Shown: positions 37,355 to 47,267 of the stretch, one piece after another | How the letters are laid out: each line of letters starts with the position of its first letter | How positions within the stretch are numbered: position 1 is the stretch's first letter | Assembly: GCA_002412495.1 (NCBI GenBank) | Contig: DHVE01000021.1 | Coordinates: forward strand, 14,126 to 78,125 | DNA length: 64,000 bases | From: Betaproteobacteria bacterium UBA5216 | GTDB taxonomy: Bacteria; Pseudomonadota; Gammaproteobacteria; Burkholderiales; SG8-41 | Direction: 5' to 3' | The notes under the pieces: generated by a model | What the model was told of the DNA's origin: nothing | What the model saw: the letters and a program-made list of their open reading frames with translations, nothing else | Databases searched by the model: none | Made by a program: the position numbers and the translations under genes

Positions 37355-38914
37355 ATGCTGTTTAATTCGCTCGCGTTCGTATTTTTCTTTTTGCCGGTGA
37401 CGCTGGCCGGGTTTTTTGCGTTAGGACGCCGCAGCCCGCTTGCGGCTGCGGCGTGGCTGGCATTGGCCTCCCTGTTTTTCTACGGTTGGTGGAACCCGGC
37501 GTATGTTGCGTTGCTGATCGTGTCGATGGTTTTTAATCACGCGTTTGGCGTGCGCATCGTGCGCGGGCTATCAGCCAGTGACGCGCCGCGTGCGCGGCGA
37601 TGGCTGATGTTCGCGATTACGGCGGATCTGGCATTGCTGGCGTATTACAAATACGCGAATTTCTTTCTTGATAATCTGAATGCCGCGCTGGGATCGCAAT
37701 TCAGTATTGGCGCCGTGATTCTACCCTTGGGGATTTCCTTTTTTACGTTTACGCAAATCGCGTTTCTGGTGGACGCCTACCAGGGCAAGGCGCGCGAGTA
37801 TAACTTTGTCCACTATTGTTTATTCGTCACTTATTTTCCGCATCTGATCGCCGGGCCGATACTGCATCATGCCGAAATGATGCCGCAGTTCGCGCAACGT
37901 CAAACGTATATGCCGGACTACGACAAGCTGGCTGCGGGCGTGACGCTGTTCGTGCTGGGGCTGGCGAAAAAAGTGTTGATCGCGGATGAGGTCGGGAGCT
38001 ACGTTGCGCCGTTTTTCGACGCGGCGCGGGGCGGCGCGCCGCTGACCTTTTTGGAAGCTTGGTGCGGCGCACTTGCGTATACGTTTCAACTGTATTTTGA
38101 TTTTTCGGGCTATTCCGACATGGCGGTGGGCTTGTCGCTGATGTTCGGCGTAAAGCTGCCGATCAATTTTCATTCGCCGTACAAGGCGGTGAACATCATT
38201 GAATTCTGGCGGCGCTGGCACATCACGCTGTCGCGGTTCCTGCGCGATTACCTGTATGTGCCACTGGGCGGCAATCGTAATGGGCCTGCCCGGCGGTACA
38301 TCAACCTCCTGCTCACCATGCTGCTCGGCGGTTTGTGGCACGGCGCGGGCTGGACCTTCGTGCTGTGGGGGGCGCTGCATGGCGTTTACTTGTGCGTGAA
38401 TCATGCATGGCGCGCGTTGCGCGAATCATTCGGCCACGATTTGCGGCACTCGACTGCGTGGGGGCGCGCCGCCGCCTGCGTCGTAACGTTTGCCGCGGTG
38501 GTGGTTGGCTGGGTGATTTTCAGAGCAGACAGCGTGGCCACCGCAGCGGTCATGTTGCGCGGCATGGCGGGGCTCAATGGATTTGCGTTGCCCGATTATT
38601 GGCTGGTTCGCTGGGGCGATGCCGGCACGTGGCTTGCCGCGCACGGCGTGTTATTTACCGATACGCGCGGCCTGGTGCGCGCCGGTCTCGTCAACTGGCT
38701 GGCCATACTGCTGGCCGTCGTCTGGTTCGCGCCTAACACGCAACAGATCATGCGCCACGCACAACCGGCCTTGGGCATGCCAGCCGGCGGCGCCGCGCCG
38801 CGCTGGATGCAGTGGCGGCCTGTTACGTGGCTCGCTATTCCCGTGGCCACGCTTGCGGTACTGGTTGTCGTGAACCTGCATAAAAAATCCGAGTTTCTAT
38901 ACTTTCAGTTCTGA
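37355..38914 (+). CDS. MBOAT O-acyltransferase (AlgI/PatA/DltB family), copy 1
   Basis: MLFNS, LPLGISFFTF, YFDFSGYSDMA, FWRRWHITLS, GLWHG, C-terminal EFLYFQF. Confidence 0.95.
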   Translation: MLFNSLAFVFFFLPVTLAGFFALGRRSPLAAAAWLALASLFFYGWWNPAYVALLIVSMVFNHAFGVRIVRGLSASDAPRARRWLMFAITADLALLAYYKYANFFLDNLNAALGSQFSIGAVILPLGISFFTFTQIAFLVDAYQGKAREYNFVHYCLFVTYFPHLIAGPILHHAEMMPQFAQRQTYMPDYDKLAAGVTLFVLGLAKKVLIADEVGSYVAPFFDAARGGAPLTFLEAWCGALAYTFQLYFDFSGYSDMAVGLSLMFGVKLPINFHSPYKAVNIIEFWRRWHITLSRFLRDYLYVPLGGNRNGPARRYINLLLTMLLGGLWHGAGWTFVLWGALHGVYLCVNHAWRALRESFGHDLRHSTAWGRAAACVVTFAAVVVGWVIFRADSVATAAVMLRGMAGLNGFALPDYWLVRWGDAGTWLAAHGVLFTDTRGLVRAGLVNWLAILLAVVWFAPNTQQIMRHAQPALGMPAGGAAPRWMQWRPVTWLAIPVATLAVLVVVNLHKKSEFLYFQF

Positions 38915-38918
38915 TCCT

Positions 38919-40115
38919 GTGTGTAGCGCAAAACTCTATCTATCTGTTTTTATAGGGATTTTTATTGGCGTGATGGCGATCATTCTGGTGCTCAATCTGG
39001 CGTTGGGCGAGCGGGGTCTTGGTAGCGCCGAGGCAGTACGCGAAGCCAGCCGCTGGCAGCAGGCGACGCGCGGTGTCACCTACTCGCCGCCGGTGACGCA
39101 AACGCGCGCATTCAAGGCGCATCGTCTCGCCGACCGCGCTGGCGACATCAACACCCTCATTCTCGGCGCTTCATCGTTAATGGGCGTCACGGAAGCGATG
39201 TTTCCCGCGCCAATGCGCGCGTATAACTTTACGCTTACCGCCAACCCAACCTCGGCGATCGCCGGCGAAGCCGAATTCATCGAAAGTCATTACGCGAACC
39301 GGATCCGCACGGTATTTATCGGGCTCGATTGGGCCATCGGCATGATTTATCACACCGGCGGCGTGCAAGCACTGGACATGACACCCGATGCGACGCTGGC
39401 GGGCTTTGGGGCCGCGGCGGTACCGCTGCATCGCAAGTTCGCCGATGCGTTGTCGTCACCCAAGGTGATGAATCTTGGCAATGCGCTGCGCGTGGTGACG
39501 AAATCCGGCGATCCGGCGGCGAGTTTCCGGCAGACGTTTTTTGAATTGGCGGGGGCTGAATATCGTTGCGCCGACGGCACGCTCGCGCGGGATTTTGATG
39601 TCATCGGTCGAGGCAGTTGCCTGGGGTTCCGCTACGACGGCAGCTGGACGTTTGCCGGCGAACGCCATCTGAGCGAGGCGCGTGCGCAAATACTCGCGCG
39701 TGCCGCCGCGACGCCCAGTTCCAAGTTTTCGCGGTATTTGTGTGAAACGGGCGGCGAGCCCAACCCCGGTATTCTGCAACGACTGGGCGCGTTTGCGCGG
39801 CGCCACATCGCCGGAGGGGGCAATGTTACCTTTGTGCTGCCGCCGCTGATCCCGGGCATGGAACATGAAATGCTCAAGGTGGAAACGTCGAATCGCTGCC
39901 TCGCGCGAACCAAGACCGTGCTGGATGCATGGGCGCGCGAGCACGGCGTCACGGTCATTGATGCCGCGGCCTCCGAACATTTTGGCTGTGCCTCGGCGGA
40001 ATTCCTTGACGAAAACCATGCATGGCCCGAGTGCCATGCGCGTGTCCTCCGCCGTTTTTGGGATGACCAGAAGCTACAACGTGTTTCGCCCGGCCTTTAT
40101 CGCCCCGCCCTGTAA
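38919..40115 (+). CDS. Membrane-anchored SGNH-like protein (DltD/AlgJ-like partner), copy 1
   Basis: N-terminal TM, LILGASS, C-terminal FLDENH (DxxH). Confidence 0.65.
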   Translation: MCSAKLYLSVFIGIFIGVMAIILVLNLALGERGLGSAEAVREASRWQQATRGVTYSPPVTQTRAFKAHRLADRAGDINTLILGASSLMGVTEAMFPAPMRAYNFTLTANPTSAIAGEAEFIESHYANRIRTVFIGLDWAIGMIYHTGGVQALDMTPDATLAGFGAAAVPLHRKFADALSSPKVMNLGNALRVVTKSGDPAASFRQTFFELAGAEYRCADGTLARDFDVIGRGSCLGFRYDGSWTFAGERHLSEARAQILARAAATPSSKFSRYLCETGGEPNPGILQRLGAFARRHIAGGGNVTFVLPPLIPGMEHEMLKVETSNRCLARTKTVLDAWAREHGVTVIDAAASEHFGCASAEFLDENHAWPECHARVLRRFWDDQKLQRVSPGLYRPAL

Positions 40116-40159
40116 TTGCTGTTGGTGCGACGGCTGGGCCAGGTTCACCGAAGGCTGAA

Positions 40160-40168
40160 TGATAAAAT
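40160..40168 (+). promoter_or_regulatory. Candidate extended -10 element for second MBOAT module
   Basis: TGaTAAAAT in the 161-nt gap between the modules. Confidence 0.3.
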
Positions 40169-40276
40169 CCGCCGCATGTCACGTTTCGCGCCCAAGAGTG
40201 TCCAGCATAAAGAATCCCTCGTGGGGGCGTCATTATGTTAGGCACCCCGGTTTATTGATGCCACCGGGCATCGGTC

Positions 40277-41836
40277 ATGCTGTTTAATTCCTACGCGTTC
40301 ATTTTTCTGTTCCTGCCGTTGACGTTGGCGTTGTTCTTTGCCATGGCGCGAATCAGTCACGTCTTCGCGGCTGGCTGGCTGGCGGCGGCATCGCTGTTCT
40401 TTTATGGCTGGTGGAACCCGGCTTATGTCGGGCTACTGATGCTTTCCATCAGCTTTAACTATCTGGCGGGCATGCGTATCGCGCGCGCGGTGGCACAAGT
40501 GCAACACCTGCGCCGTAAGTGGCTAACCGTGTTTGCCGTTGCCGCCAATCTCTTGTTGCTGGGATATTACAAGTACAGCAATTTTTTTCTGAGCAATGCC
40601 GCTTCGGTGATGGGATTTGCGCCGCCGCAAGCGGACATCATCCTGCCGCTGGGCATTTCATTCTTTACTTTCACGCAAATTGCGTTTCTCGTTGATACGT
40701 ATCAGGGTAAGGTCAAGGAGTACCGTTTCGTGCACTACTGCCTCTTCGTGACCTATTTTCCGCATTTGATTGCCGGGCCGATTCTGCATCACGCGGAAAT
40801 GATGCCTCAGTTCGCGCGCGATTCGACTTACCACCCGCGGGCGGAGAATATCGCCTTGGGCCTGACGATATTTTTTATCGGGTTGTTCAAGAAAGTCATT
40901 CTGGCCGACGGCATCGCGCAGTATGTTGCACCGCTGTATGGTCTGCCGGGGGCGGGGGTGGCGCCCGGTTTTTGGGAAGCATGGAGCGCCGCGCTTGCGT
41001 ATACGTTTCAACTGTATTTTGATTTTTCGGGCTATTCCGACATGGCGGTGGGCTTGTCGCTGATGTTCGGCGTGAAGCTGCCGATCAATTTTCATTCGCC
41101 GTACAAGGCGGTGAACATCATTGAATTCTGGCGGCGCTGGCACATCACGCTGTCGCGGTTCCTGCGCGATTACCTGTATGTGCCGCTGGGCGGCAATCGC
41201 AAGGGGCCGGCACGGCGGTACATCAATTTGCTGCTCACCATGCTAGTCGGCGGTTTGTGGCACGGCGCGGGCTGGACCTTCGTGCTGTGGGGGGCGCTGC
41301 ATGGCGTGTATTTGTGTATCAACCATGCGTGGCGAAGGTTACGCGCGTCTCTAGGACATGATCTGGCGCGTTCCACGGCGACAGGTCGAGCGCTCTCGTG
41401 TGCGCTGACCTTTATTGCGGTCGTTGCCGGCTGGGTGATATTTCGTGCGGATAGCATAAATTCGGCAACGGCGATGCTTGCGGGCATGGCAGGACTAAAC
41501 GGTTTTGCATTGCCCGATCAATGGTTGGCGAAGTCGGGCGCGCCGGGACTCTGGCTGGCATCGGCTGGCGTGGCGTTCACCGAATCGCGAGGTCTGGTTA
41601 CTGGCGGATTAATAAACTGGATTGTCATTCTGTTGGCGATTGTTTGGTTCGCACCCAATACGCAACAAATCATGGCGCGGTTTGATCCGGCGCTGCTGAT
41701 CCCGCGAAACATGGCGGCGGCGCGCAAGCTGGCATGGCGTCCGACCGTGGCGTTCGGTCTGTTGGTGGCGGTGCTGGCGTTCGTGTCCATCGTCAATCTG
41801 CATCGCCAGTCCGAGTTTCTGTATTTTCAATTTTGA
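40277..41836 (+). CDS. MBOAT O-acyltransferase, copy 2
   Basis: Same motifs and same length (519 aa) as copy 1; ends SEFLYFQF. Confidence 0.95.
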   Translation: MLFNSYAFIFLFLPLTLALFFAMARISHVFAAGWLAAASLFFYGWWNPAYVGLLMLSISFNYLAGMRIARAVAQVQHLRRKWLTVFAVAANLLLLGYYKYSNFFLSNAASVMGFAPPQADIILPLGISFFTFTQIAFLVDTYQGKVKEYRFVHYCLFVTYFPHLIAGPILHHAEMMPQFARDSTYHPRAENIALGLTIFFIGLFKKVILADGIAQYVAPLYGLPGAGVAPGFWEAWSAALAYTFQLYFDFSGYSDMAVGLSLMFGVKLPINFHSPYKAVNIIEFWRRWHITLSRFLRDYLYVPLGGNRKGPARRYINLLLTMLVGGLWHGAGWTFVLWGALHGVYLCINHAWRRLRASLGHDLARSTATGRALSCALTFIAVVAGWVIFRADSINSATAMLAGMAGLNGFALPDQWLAKSGAPGLWLASAGVAFTESRGLVTGGLINWIVILLAIVWFAPNTQQIMARFDPALLIPRNMAAARKLAWRPTVAFGLLVAVLAFVSIVNLHRQSEFLYFQF

Positions 41837-43068
41837 TGACGATAAACCCGCAAATGCCGGCCGTGAACGCAACCCCGATGCGGCGATACTTGTGGGCGTT
41901 GCTGGTGCCCTTGTTGCTGGCCTTGGCGCTGGTTCTTGCCCTGAATCTTTTGCTGGGCGACCGTAGTCTGGGTAACGAACAGGTTGCGCGTACGGCATCG
42001 GCGTGGCAGCAAGCAACGCGGGGCGTTACCTATGCACCGCCCATTGGCAACGCGCGCCCCTTCAAGGTGTTGCGGTTGGCGGATCGGCTGCCGGAGATCA
42101 ACGCGGCGGTGTTGGGTTCGTCGGCATTGATGGGTATTACGCAGAGCTTGTTGCCGCCGGAGCTGCGCATGTACAACCTGACGGTGACGGGAAATCCCAC
42201 GGCGGCAATCGCGGGAGAAGCACTTCATATCGAGCGGCATTTTGCGGATCGCGTGCGCTGGGTGGTCGTCGGGCTGGATTGGTCGGTCGGCATGATCTAT
42301 CTCGACGGCACCGCCTCGGAAGTGGATCTGTCGCCGGGTTTGGTAACGCGCGCGTACAGCGGCACGGCCCTGCCGCTGCACAAGCGGGTGGAGGATGCAT
42401 TGTCATGGCCCCGCGTCTCGAGTTTGGGCACGCTGCTGGCAGCGGCAATCCGAAGCGCGGAACCATTACAGCATTTGCGCCACGACTTTTTTGACGTGGG
42501 CGGCGCGGAATATCGTTGCGCCGACGGGGCGCTGGCGCGTGACTTTGACGTGATCCATCGCGGGTTATGCCGGGGCTACCGTTATGACGGCAGTTGGACA
42601 TTCGCCAATGACCGGCGATTGACGCCTGCACTGGCCGCGACCCTCGCCCAGGCAGCGGCGGCGCCCAGCTCAAAATACACGCGTCATCTATGCGACAACC
42701 AAGGCGCGCCCAATCGTGAAATTCTGAAAAGCTTGGGCGAGACCGCTCAACGATTTGCCGCGCGCGGCGGACGCATGGTGTTTTTGCTGCCTCCCCTGGC
42801 GCCGGGATTGGAGCAGGCGTTGCGCCGCGTGCCCAAATGGAACGCTTGTCTGGAGCGCACCAAGTCCGATCTGGATGCGTGGGCGCGGCTATATCAAGCA
42901 ACGGTCATCGATGCGGGTGCTTCCGAGCGTTATGGTTGTCAGCCGATGGAGTTTTCCGATGAACATCATGCGTATCCCGAGTGCAACGCGCGCATGCTGC
43001 GACGGTATTTCACCGACGTTGATGCGGGCCGCGTGCACGCGGGCCTGTACCGGCCGGAAGGCGCATGA
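41836..43068 (+). CDS. Membrane-anchored SGNH-like protein, copy 2
   Basis: TGATG coupling to MBOAT; VLGSSA, FSDEHH; clear paralog of 38919-40115. Confidence 0.65.
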   Translation: MTINPQMPAVNATPMRRYLWALLVPLLLALALVLALNLLLGDRSLGNEQVARTASAWQQATRGVTYAPPIGNARPFKVLRLADRLPEINAAVLGSSALMGITQSLLPPELRMYNLTVTGNPTAAIAGEALHIERHFADRVRWVVVGLDWSVGMIYLDGTASEVDLSPGLVTRAYSGTALPLHKRVEDALSWPRVSSLGTLLAAAIRSAEPLQHLRHDFFDVGGAEYRCADGALARDFDVIHRGLCRGYRYDGSWTFANDRRLTPALAATLAQAAAAPSSKYTRHLCDNQGAPNREILKSLGETAQRFAARGGRMVFLLPPLAPGLEQALRRVPKWNACLERTKSDLDAWARLYQATVIDAGASERYGCQPMEFSDEHHAYPECNARMLRRYFTDVDAGRVHAGLYRPEGA

Positions 43069-44504
43069 CGGTGGTGACCCTGCAACCAACAACGCGGCAG
43101 TGGTGGTTGTTGTACGCCGCGGCTGTAGTAAGTTTTATTCCAACCTTCGGGTATTACCTCGTGGGCGAGGAAGGCATTCTGGTCAACTCGTCGCTGGAAA
43201 TGTGGCAGCGTGGCGACTGGTTGCGGTTATGGTTCTATGGCGGCGATGCGCGGCACGGCGTGTTTGCCAACTGGCTGATTATTCCAATGGCCGGCGCGCT
43301 GGGTTGGGAATACGCGCCGGGCATCACGCGCGCGATCATGGTGGGCGCGACGGCCATTGGCGGGCTGATGACCGCCGGGTTGGCCTACCGGCTTTATCAG
43401 GACAAGGTGCTGGCGGCCATGGCCGCCGTGCTGTGTGTGACGTTTGCCGATGTATTGCTGTATCGCGGCTGGCTGGGTTATCGCGATCCGTTGTTGGGCA
43501 TGCTGGTGTTTGGCGCCATCGCATCGCTGTGGATGGCGGTGCATAGCGGGCGGGTGGCATGGCTGATCGGCACACTGGTGTTTTCGACCTGCGCGTTCTT
43601 GACCAAGGGCATCATCGCGTATGTGTTTGTGGGCGCGGCGGTGCTGGTGTTTCTGGTTCAGCGCGATTCACGGCAATTGCTGCTCAAGCCGCTGCCGCTG
43701 GTGCTGGCCATGCTTACGTTGTGCCTGCCGTATTTGTGGTTTCACTGGATGATCGACGATCAGGCGCAAGGCGGCCGCATGGCGAGCGAGATCAGCGACA
43801 AGCTGGTGCCGCTGGGCTTGGGGGCGTATGTGTGGAAATTGGTTGCGTACCCGCTTGAAACGATGGTGCGCACTGCGCCCGTGTCGTTGCTGGTGCCATG
43901 GTGGCTGTGGCGGAATCGGAATCGGAGCGTAAATCAGAATCACCCGGCGGCGAGCGCGTGGTTAACCGATCGTAGCGTCGTGACGGCGCTGGTGATCGCA
44001 GGACTGGCGTTCCTGCCGTTCTGGCTCGCGCCGCAAAGCCACTTTCGGTATGTGCTGCCCGTGCTGCCGTTGTTGGGGCTGGCTTTTGCCGTGTGCGCGG
44101 CGCGGCAGAGTGAGCCGAGTCGCCGGGTGTTGTGGCGCTGGCTGTGGCTGGCGGTGGGCGCGAAATTCATGATCACCACGGTGTTATTCCCGTATTACCA
44201 GCATCGCGTGCGCGGCGAAAATTACGTGCTTACCGCGCGGCAAGTACTGCAACGAACAGCGGGATTTCCCCTCTATTCGCACGATGTCAGTGCGGCGGGC
44301 CTGTCCGTGACCGCGTATATGAATATTCAGCGATTACCCAAACCCGTGCTGACTTTTGCGCCGGCGCAATGGGATAACGCTTTTGTCGTGTCCAATGTCG
44401 CCGACGACAAGCTGGGAACCGTCGTCGCGCGTTATCCGCTCGGCGCCAATGTGCTATATCTGCATTGCCGGGGTACGGCCTGCGACACGCCGGCACCGAG
44501 ATGA
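43065..44504 (+). CDS. ArnT/PMT-like (GT-C fold) polyprenyl-phosphate-sugar transferase
   Basis: Multi-TM; GEEG..V.SS.EMWQ.GDW, AFLTKG, RYVLP. Confidence 0.75.
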   Translation: MTVVTLQPTTRQWWLLYAAAVVSFIPTFGYYLVGEEGILVNSSLEMWQRGDWLRLWFYGGDARHGVFANWLIIPMAGALGWEYAPGITRAIMVGATAIGGLMTAGLAYRLYQDKVLAAMAAVLCVTFADVLLYRGWLGYRDPLLGMLVFGAIASLWMAVHSGRVAWLIGTLVFSTCAFLTKGIIAYVFVGAAVLVFLVQRDSRQLLLKPLPLVLAMLTLCLPYLWFHWMIDDQAQGGRMASEISDKLVPLGLGAYVWKLVAYPLETMVRTAPVSLLVPWWLWRNRNRSVNQNHPAASAWLTDRSVVTALVIAGLAFLPFWLAPQSHFRYVLPVLPLLGLAFAVCAARQSEPSRRVLWRWLWLAVGAKFMITTVLFPYYQHRVRGENYVLTARQVLQRTAGFPLYSHDVSAAGLSVTAYMNIQRLPKPVLTFAPAQWDNAFVVSNVADDKLGTVVARYPLGANVLYLHCRGTACDTPAPR

Positions 44505-44525
44505 ATTATTTCAACAGAGACCGCC

Positions 44526-45269
44526 ATGCCCGCCGATAACAAACGCTTCAGCCACGTGGATAACTTTACCGGCTACATGAAGATTGCCGCCGACTGGTTT
44601 CGCGCGCAACGCGCGGGGCTGCGCGTGCTGGATCTCCCGGCCGGCTATGGCTTGCTGACCGACGCCTTGCGCGGCATGGGACACGAGGTGGCGAGCGGTG
44701 ACATTAACCGCGAGCGCCCGGATTATCACTATGTCGACATGGCGGGGTTGTTGCCATTTGAGGATGCGTCATTCGATGCCGCGTTGTGCCTGGAGGGCGT
44801 GGAGCATCTGGTGAATCCGACGGCATTTATCGCGGAACTTTCGCGTGTGATCCGGTCGGGCGGACACATCGTTTTATCGACGCCGAACGTGATGAATTTT
44901 TATTCACGGCTGCATTTTCTGCTGACCGGTGCGTTTTACCAGTTTAATCCAGCCGCGGTGCCGGAGCTCGTGCCGGGCGAAGCCGCCGACCGGGGACATA
45001 TTTTTCCTTTATCGTATTTTCAGTTGAGTTATTTGTTCGGCCAGCACGGTATGCGCGTGAAGCAGGTGCTGGGAGACAAATATAAGCGCAAGATATTGTT
45101 TCCATTGTATATTTTGTTGCTGCCTGCGGTGTGGTTGGCGACCCGGCTGGTGTTGTTGCGCCACGGAGACCGACGCGAGCCAAAGCGCAATCGCGAGATG
45201 CTGGAGTACGCCTTGTCGGGGCCGCTGCTGTTCAGCCGCTCGCTGGTGCTGGTGCTGGAAAAGCGCTGA
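44526..45269 (+). CDS. Class I SAM-dependent methyltransferase
   Basis: VLDLPAGYG, LPFEDASFD, EGVEHL, STPN. Confidence 0.88.
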   Translation: MPADNKRFSHVDNFTGYMKIAADWFRAQRAGLRVLDLPAGYGLLTDALRGMGHEVASGDINRERPDYHYVDMAGLLPFEDASFDAALCLEGVEHLVNPTAFIAELSRVIRSGGHIVLSTPNVMNFYSRLHFLLTGAFYQFNPAAVPELVPGEAADRGHIFPLSYFQLSYLFGQHGMRVKQVLGDKYKRKILFPLYILLLPAVWLATRLVLLRHGDRREPKRNREMLEYALSGPLLFSRSLVLVLEKR

Positions 45270-45307
45270 GGTTGCGGGGCGCTTGCGCGCCGGCAGTGTG
45301 TGATTCG

Positions 45308-46174
45308 CTATCGGCGGCGCAGATAGGCGAGCATGTCATGTCCGCGGCCCGCGAGGCGCGCGGGCAGGTTGAGCAGTTCGCCGCCGATTTTTCCGATCGA
45401 ATACAGTGGCGGCGAAACGTCGCCCTTCTCGTGAAACTTCATGCGCGAAGTCTCGATGCGCTCGACAGAAAATCCGCCGACGGTTGCTATTGTGGTGATC
45501 GACCGCGGATTAAAAAAGCTGATGTGCCCGCCGTCTTTTTCGATATGAAAATAATCCCATCGCGCGCCCATCGCGCCGACGGTCCAGCTGGCCGCATTGC
45601 CGGTGCTGATAATCAGAATGCCTCTTGGTTTGAGGATGCGGTGGCATTCGCGCAACAAGGGTAGTGGCTCGCGTAAATGTTCCACGACTTCAAACAGGGC
45701 CGCAGCGTCAAAGCTGGCGTCGGGATAGTGTTGTTCTTCCAGCAGGCCGGTGCGCACATTGAGCCCCGCCTCACGCGCGGCTGCCGCGATTTGTTGCGCG
45801 GGCTCCACGCCTTCGGCGATGAAGCCGGCTTGCGCGGCGAAATCCACGAACTGCCCGCGAGAGCAGCCGATGTCGATCAGACGGGTATCCGCTGGCGATT
45901 TTCCGGTCAAGCGCGCTAGCGTTTTCAGTCGGCGGGCCGCGACCTTGCGGCGGCGTTCTACCTCTTTTGGCGTGGGTTGATTGAACCCGGACGCGTTGAA
46001 TGACGCCATGGTCTCCCAATAGCGCGATTCGCTCGCGGCGCTGATGAGTTGTCCACAACGCGCACAGCGCCGTAATGGTCCTTCCGGCAGATGCAGATTC
46101 GTGGCGAGCAACGCTTCGCCGCAACCGACCGGGCATGCCGTGACGTAGGGTGTGTTGTTGGGATTTTCGTTCAT
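45308..46174 (-). CDS. Class I SAM-dependent methyltransferase with N-terminal Cys cluster
   Basis: CPVGC...CARCG; LIDIGCSRG, FEVVEHL. Confidence 0.88.
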   Translation of the reverse strand: MNENPNNTPYVTACPVGCGEALLATNLHLPEGPLRRCARCGQLISAASESRYWETMASFNASGFNQPTPKEVERRRKVAARRLKTLARLTGKSPADTRLIDIGCSRGQFVDFAAQAGFIAEGVEPAQQIAAAAREAGLNVRTGLLEEQHYPDASFDAAALFEVVEHLREPLPLLRECHRILKPRGILIISTGNAASWTVGAMGARWDYFHIEKDGGHISFFNPRSITTIATVGGFSVERIETSRMKFHEKGDVSPPLYSIGKIGGELLNLPARLAGRGHDMLAYLRRR

Positions 46175-46181
46175 GGCGTTA

Positions 46182-47267
46182 TTATGAAAGTTGCGCAACG
46201 CGGCGCAAGGCATTTATCACGCGATGCGCTGGCAAGGTCTGCAAACAGTCGCTGAAGCTCGACACATGACGCTCGCAGCCTTCTTTGTTGCAAGGTGCGC
46301 AGGCGGCATTGCCCTGCACTATGCTGACGTGTCCGATGGTTTGATCTCCCAGCCGCCGCCACGGCGTACCGCTGTCGGAACCACTGCAACCATTCGGCCA
46401 CGGCGCCCACTTCAACGGATCGGTCGGGCCGAAAAATGCCACGGTGGGCACACCCAATGTCGCGGCCATGTGCGTAAGTGCGGTGTCGGGCCCGACGTAG
46501 GCGGCTGCGTGCGCGATCACGCAAGCGGATTCGTTCAGCGACAATTGCCCGGCGAGATTGAGCGGTGCATGCATTCGCGCTGCAAGCTGGTTTACGTACG
46601 CCATTTCCTCGGCGTCACGGCTGCCGGTCAAGGCGATGTGCAGCCCTTGCGCCGTGATCCATTGCGCGAGCTCCAGCCAGCCTTCGTCGCCCCACATCTT
46701 GTAGTTGAATTTGGGATAGAGATGCAGCACTACGTATCGTTTGCCCTTTAACGACGACAGTACTTGCGAGGCGCGCTCTTCGTCGGTGCTGTTCCAACTG
46801 GGCGTCACCGTCGTGATGGCGGGCACGCCCAATGGTTCCAGTAGCGACAAATGCGTGAGAACGGTATGTTTTTCGCTGAGATCGTACGGCACCCATTGGT
46901 GCAGAAAAGGCCGCTTCCAGCTTTCTTTTTGGGTCGGCAACAACAAACCCAAACGGCGGCGGCCCGCGCACCACGCATATAACGTCGGCCGGTCGCCAGC
47001 GACGAGGGATAGGGCCAGATCATAGCGTCGAAACAGTTTTGCAATAAAAACAATGTGTTGCAGAAGGCCGGGGCGTTCTGAAATGCTGCGGATGGAATTG
47101 ACGTCCGCGTTGGACACCAGTACATCCGCCGTGCTGCTGAATACCAGCGCATCGATGGTGGCATCGGGCCACGCGCTGCGCAGTGACCGAAACACCGGCG
47201 TCGCCAGCAACACATCGCCGATGCGGCGCGTGACGATGACCAGCACCCGGCGCGGCGGCGGATTCAT
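46182..47267 (-). CDS. GT9 LPS heptosyltransferase (WaaQ/RfaQ-like)
   Basis: RRIGDVLL.TP, K.W, VGPDT...HMAA, FFGPT. Confidence 0.9.
   Translation of the reverse strand: MNPPPRRVLVIVTRRIGDVLLATPVFRSLRSAWPDATIDALVFSSTADVLVSNADVNSIRSISERPGLLQHIVFIAKLFRRYDLALSLVAGDRPTLYAWCAGRRRLGLLLPTQKESWKRPFLHQWVPYDLSEKHTVLTHLSLLEPLGVPAITTVTPSWNSTDEERASQVLSSLKGKRYVVLHLYPKFNYKMWGDEGWLELAQWITAQGLHIALTGSRDAEEMAYVNQLAARMHAPLNLAGQLSLNESACVIAHAAAYVGPDTALTHMAATLGVPTVAFFGPTDPLKWAPWPNGCSGSDSGTPWRRLGDQTIGHVSIVQGNAACAPCNKEGCERHVSSFSDCLQTLPAHRVINALRRVAQLS

Noticed and set aside
41734-41835. Upstream start for SGNH copy 2
   Set aside because: Overlaps the MBOAT; TGATG coupling and paralog length favour 41836
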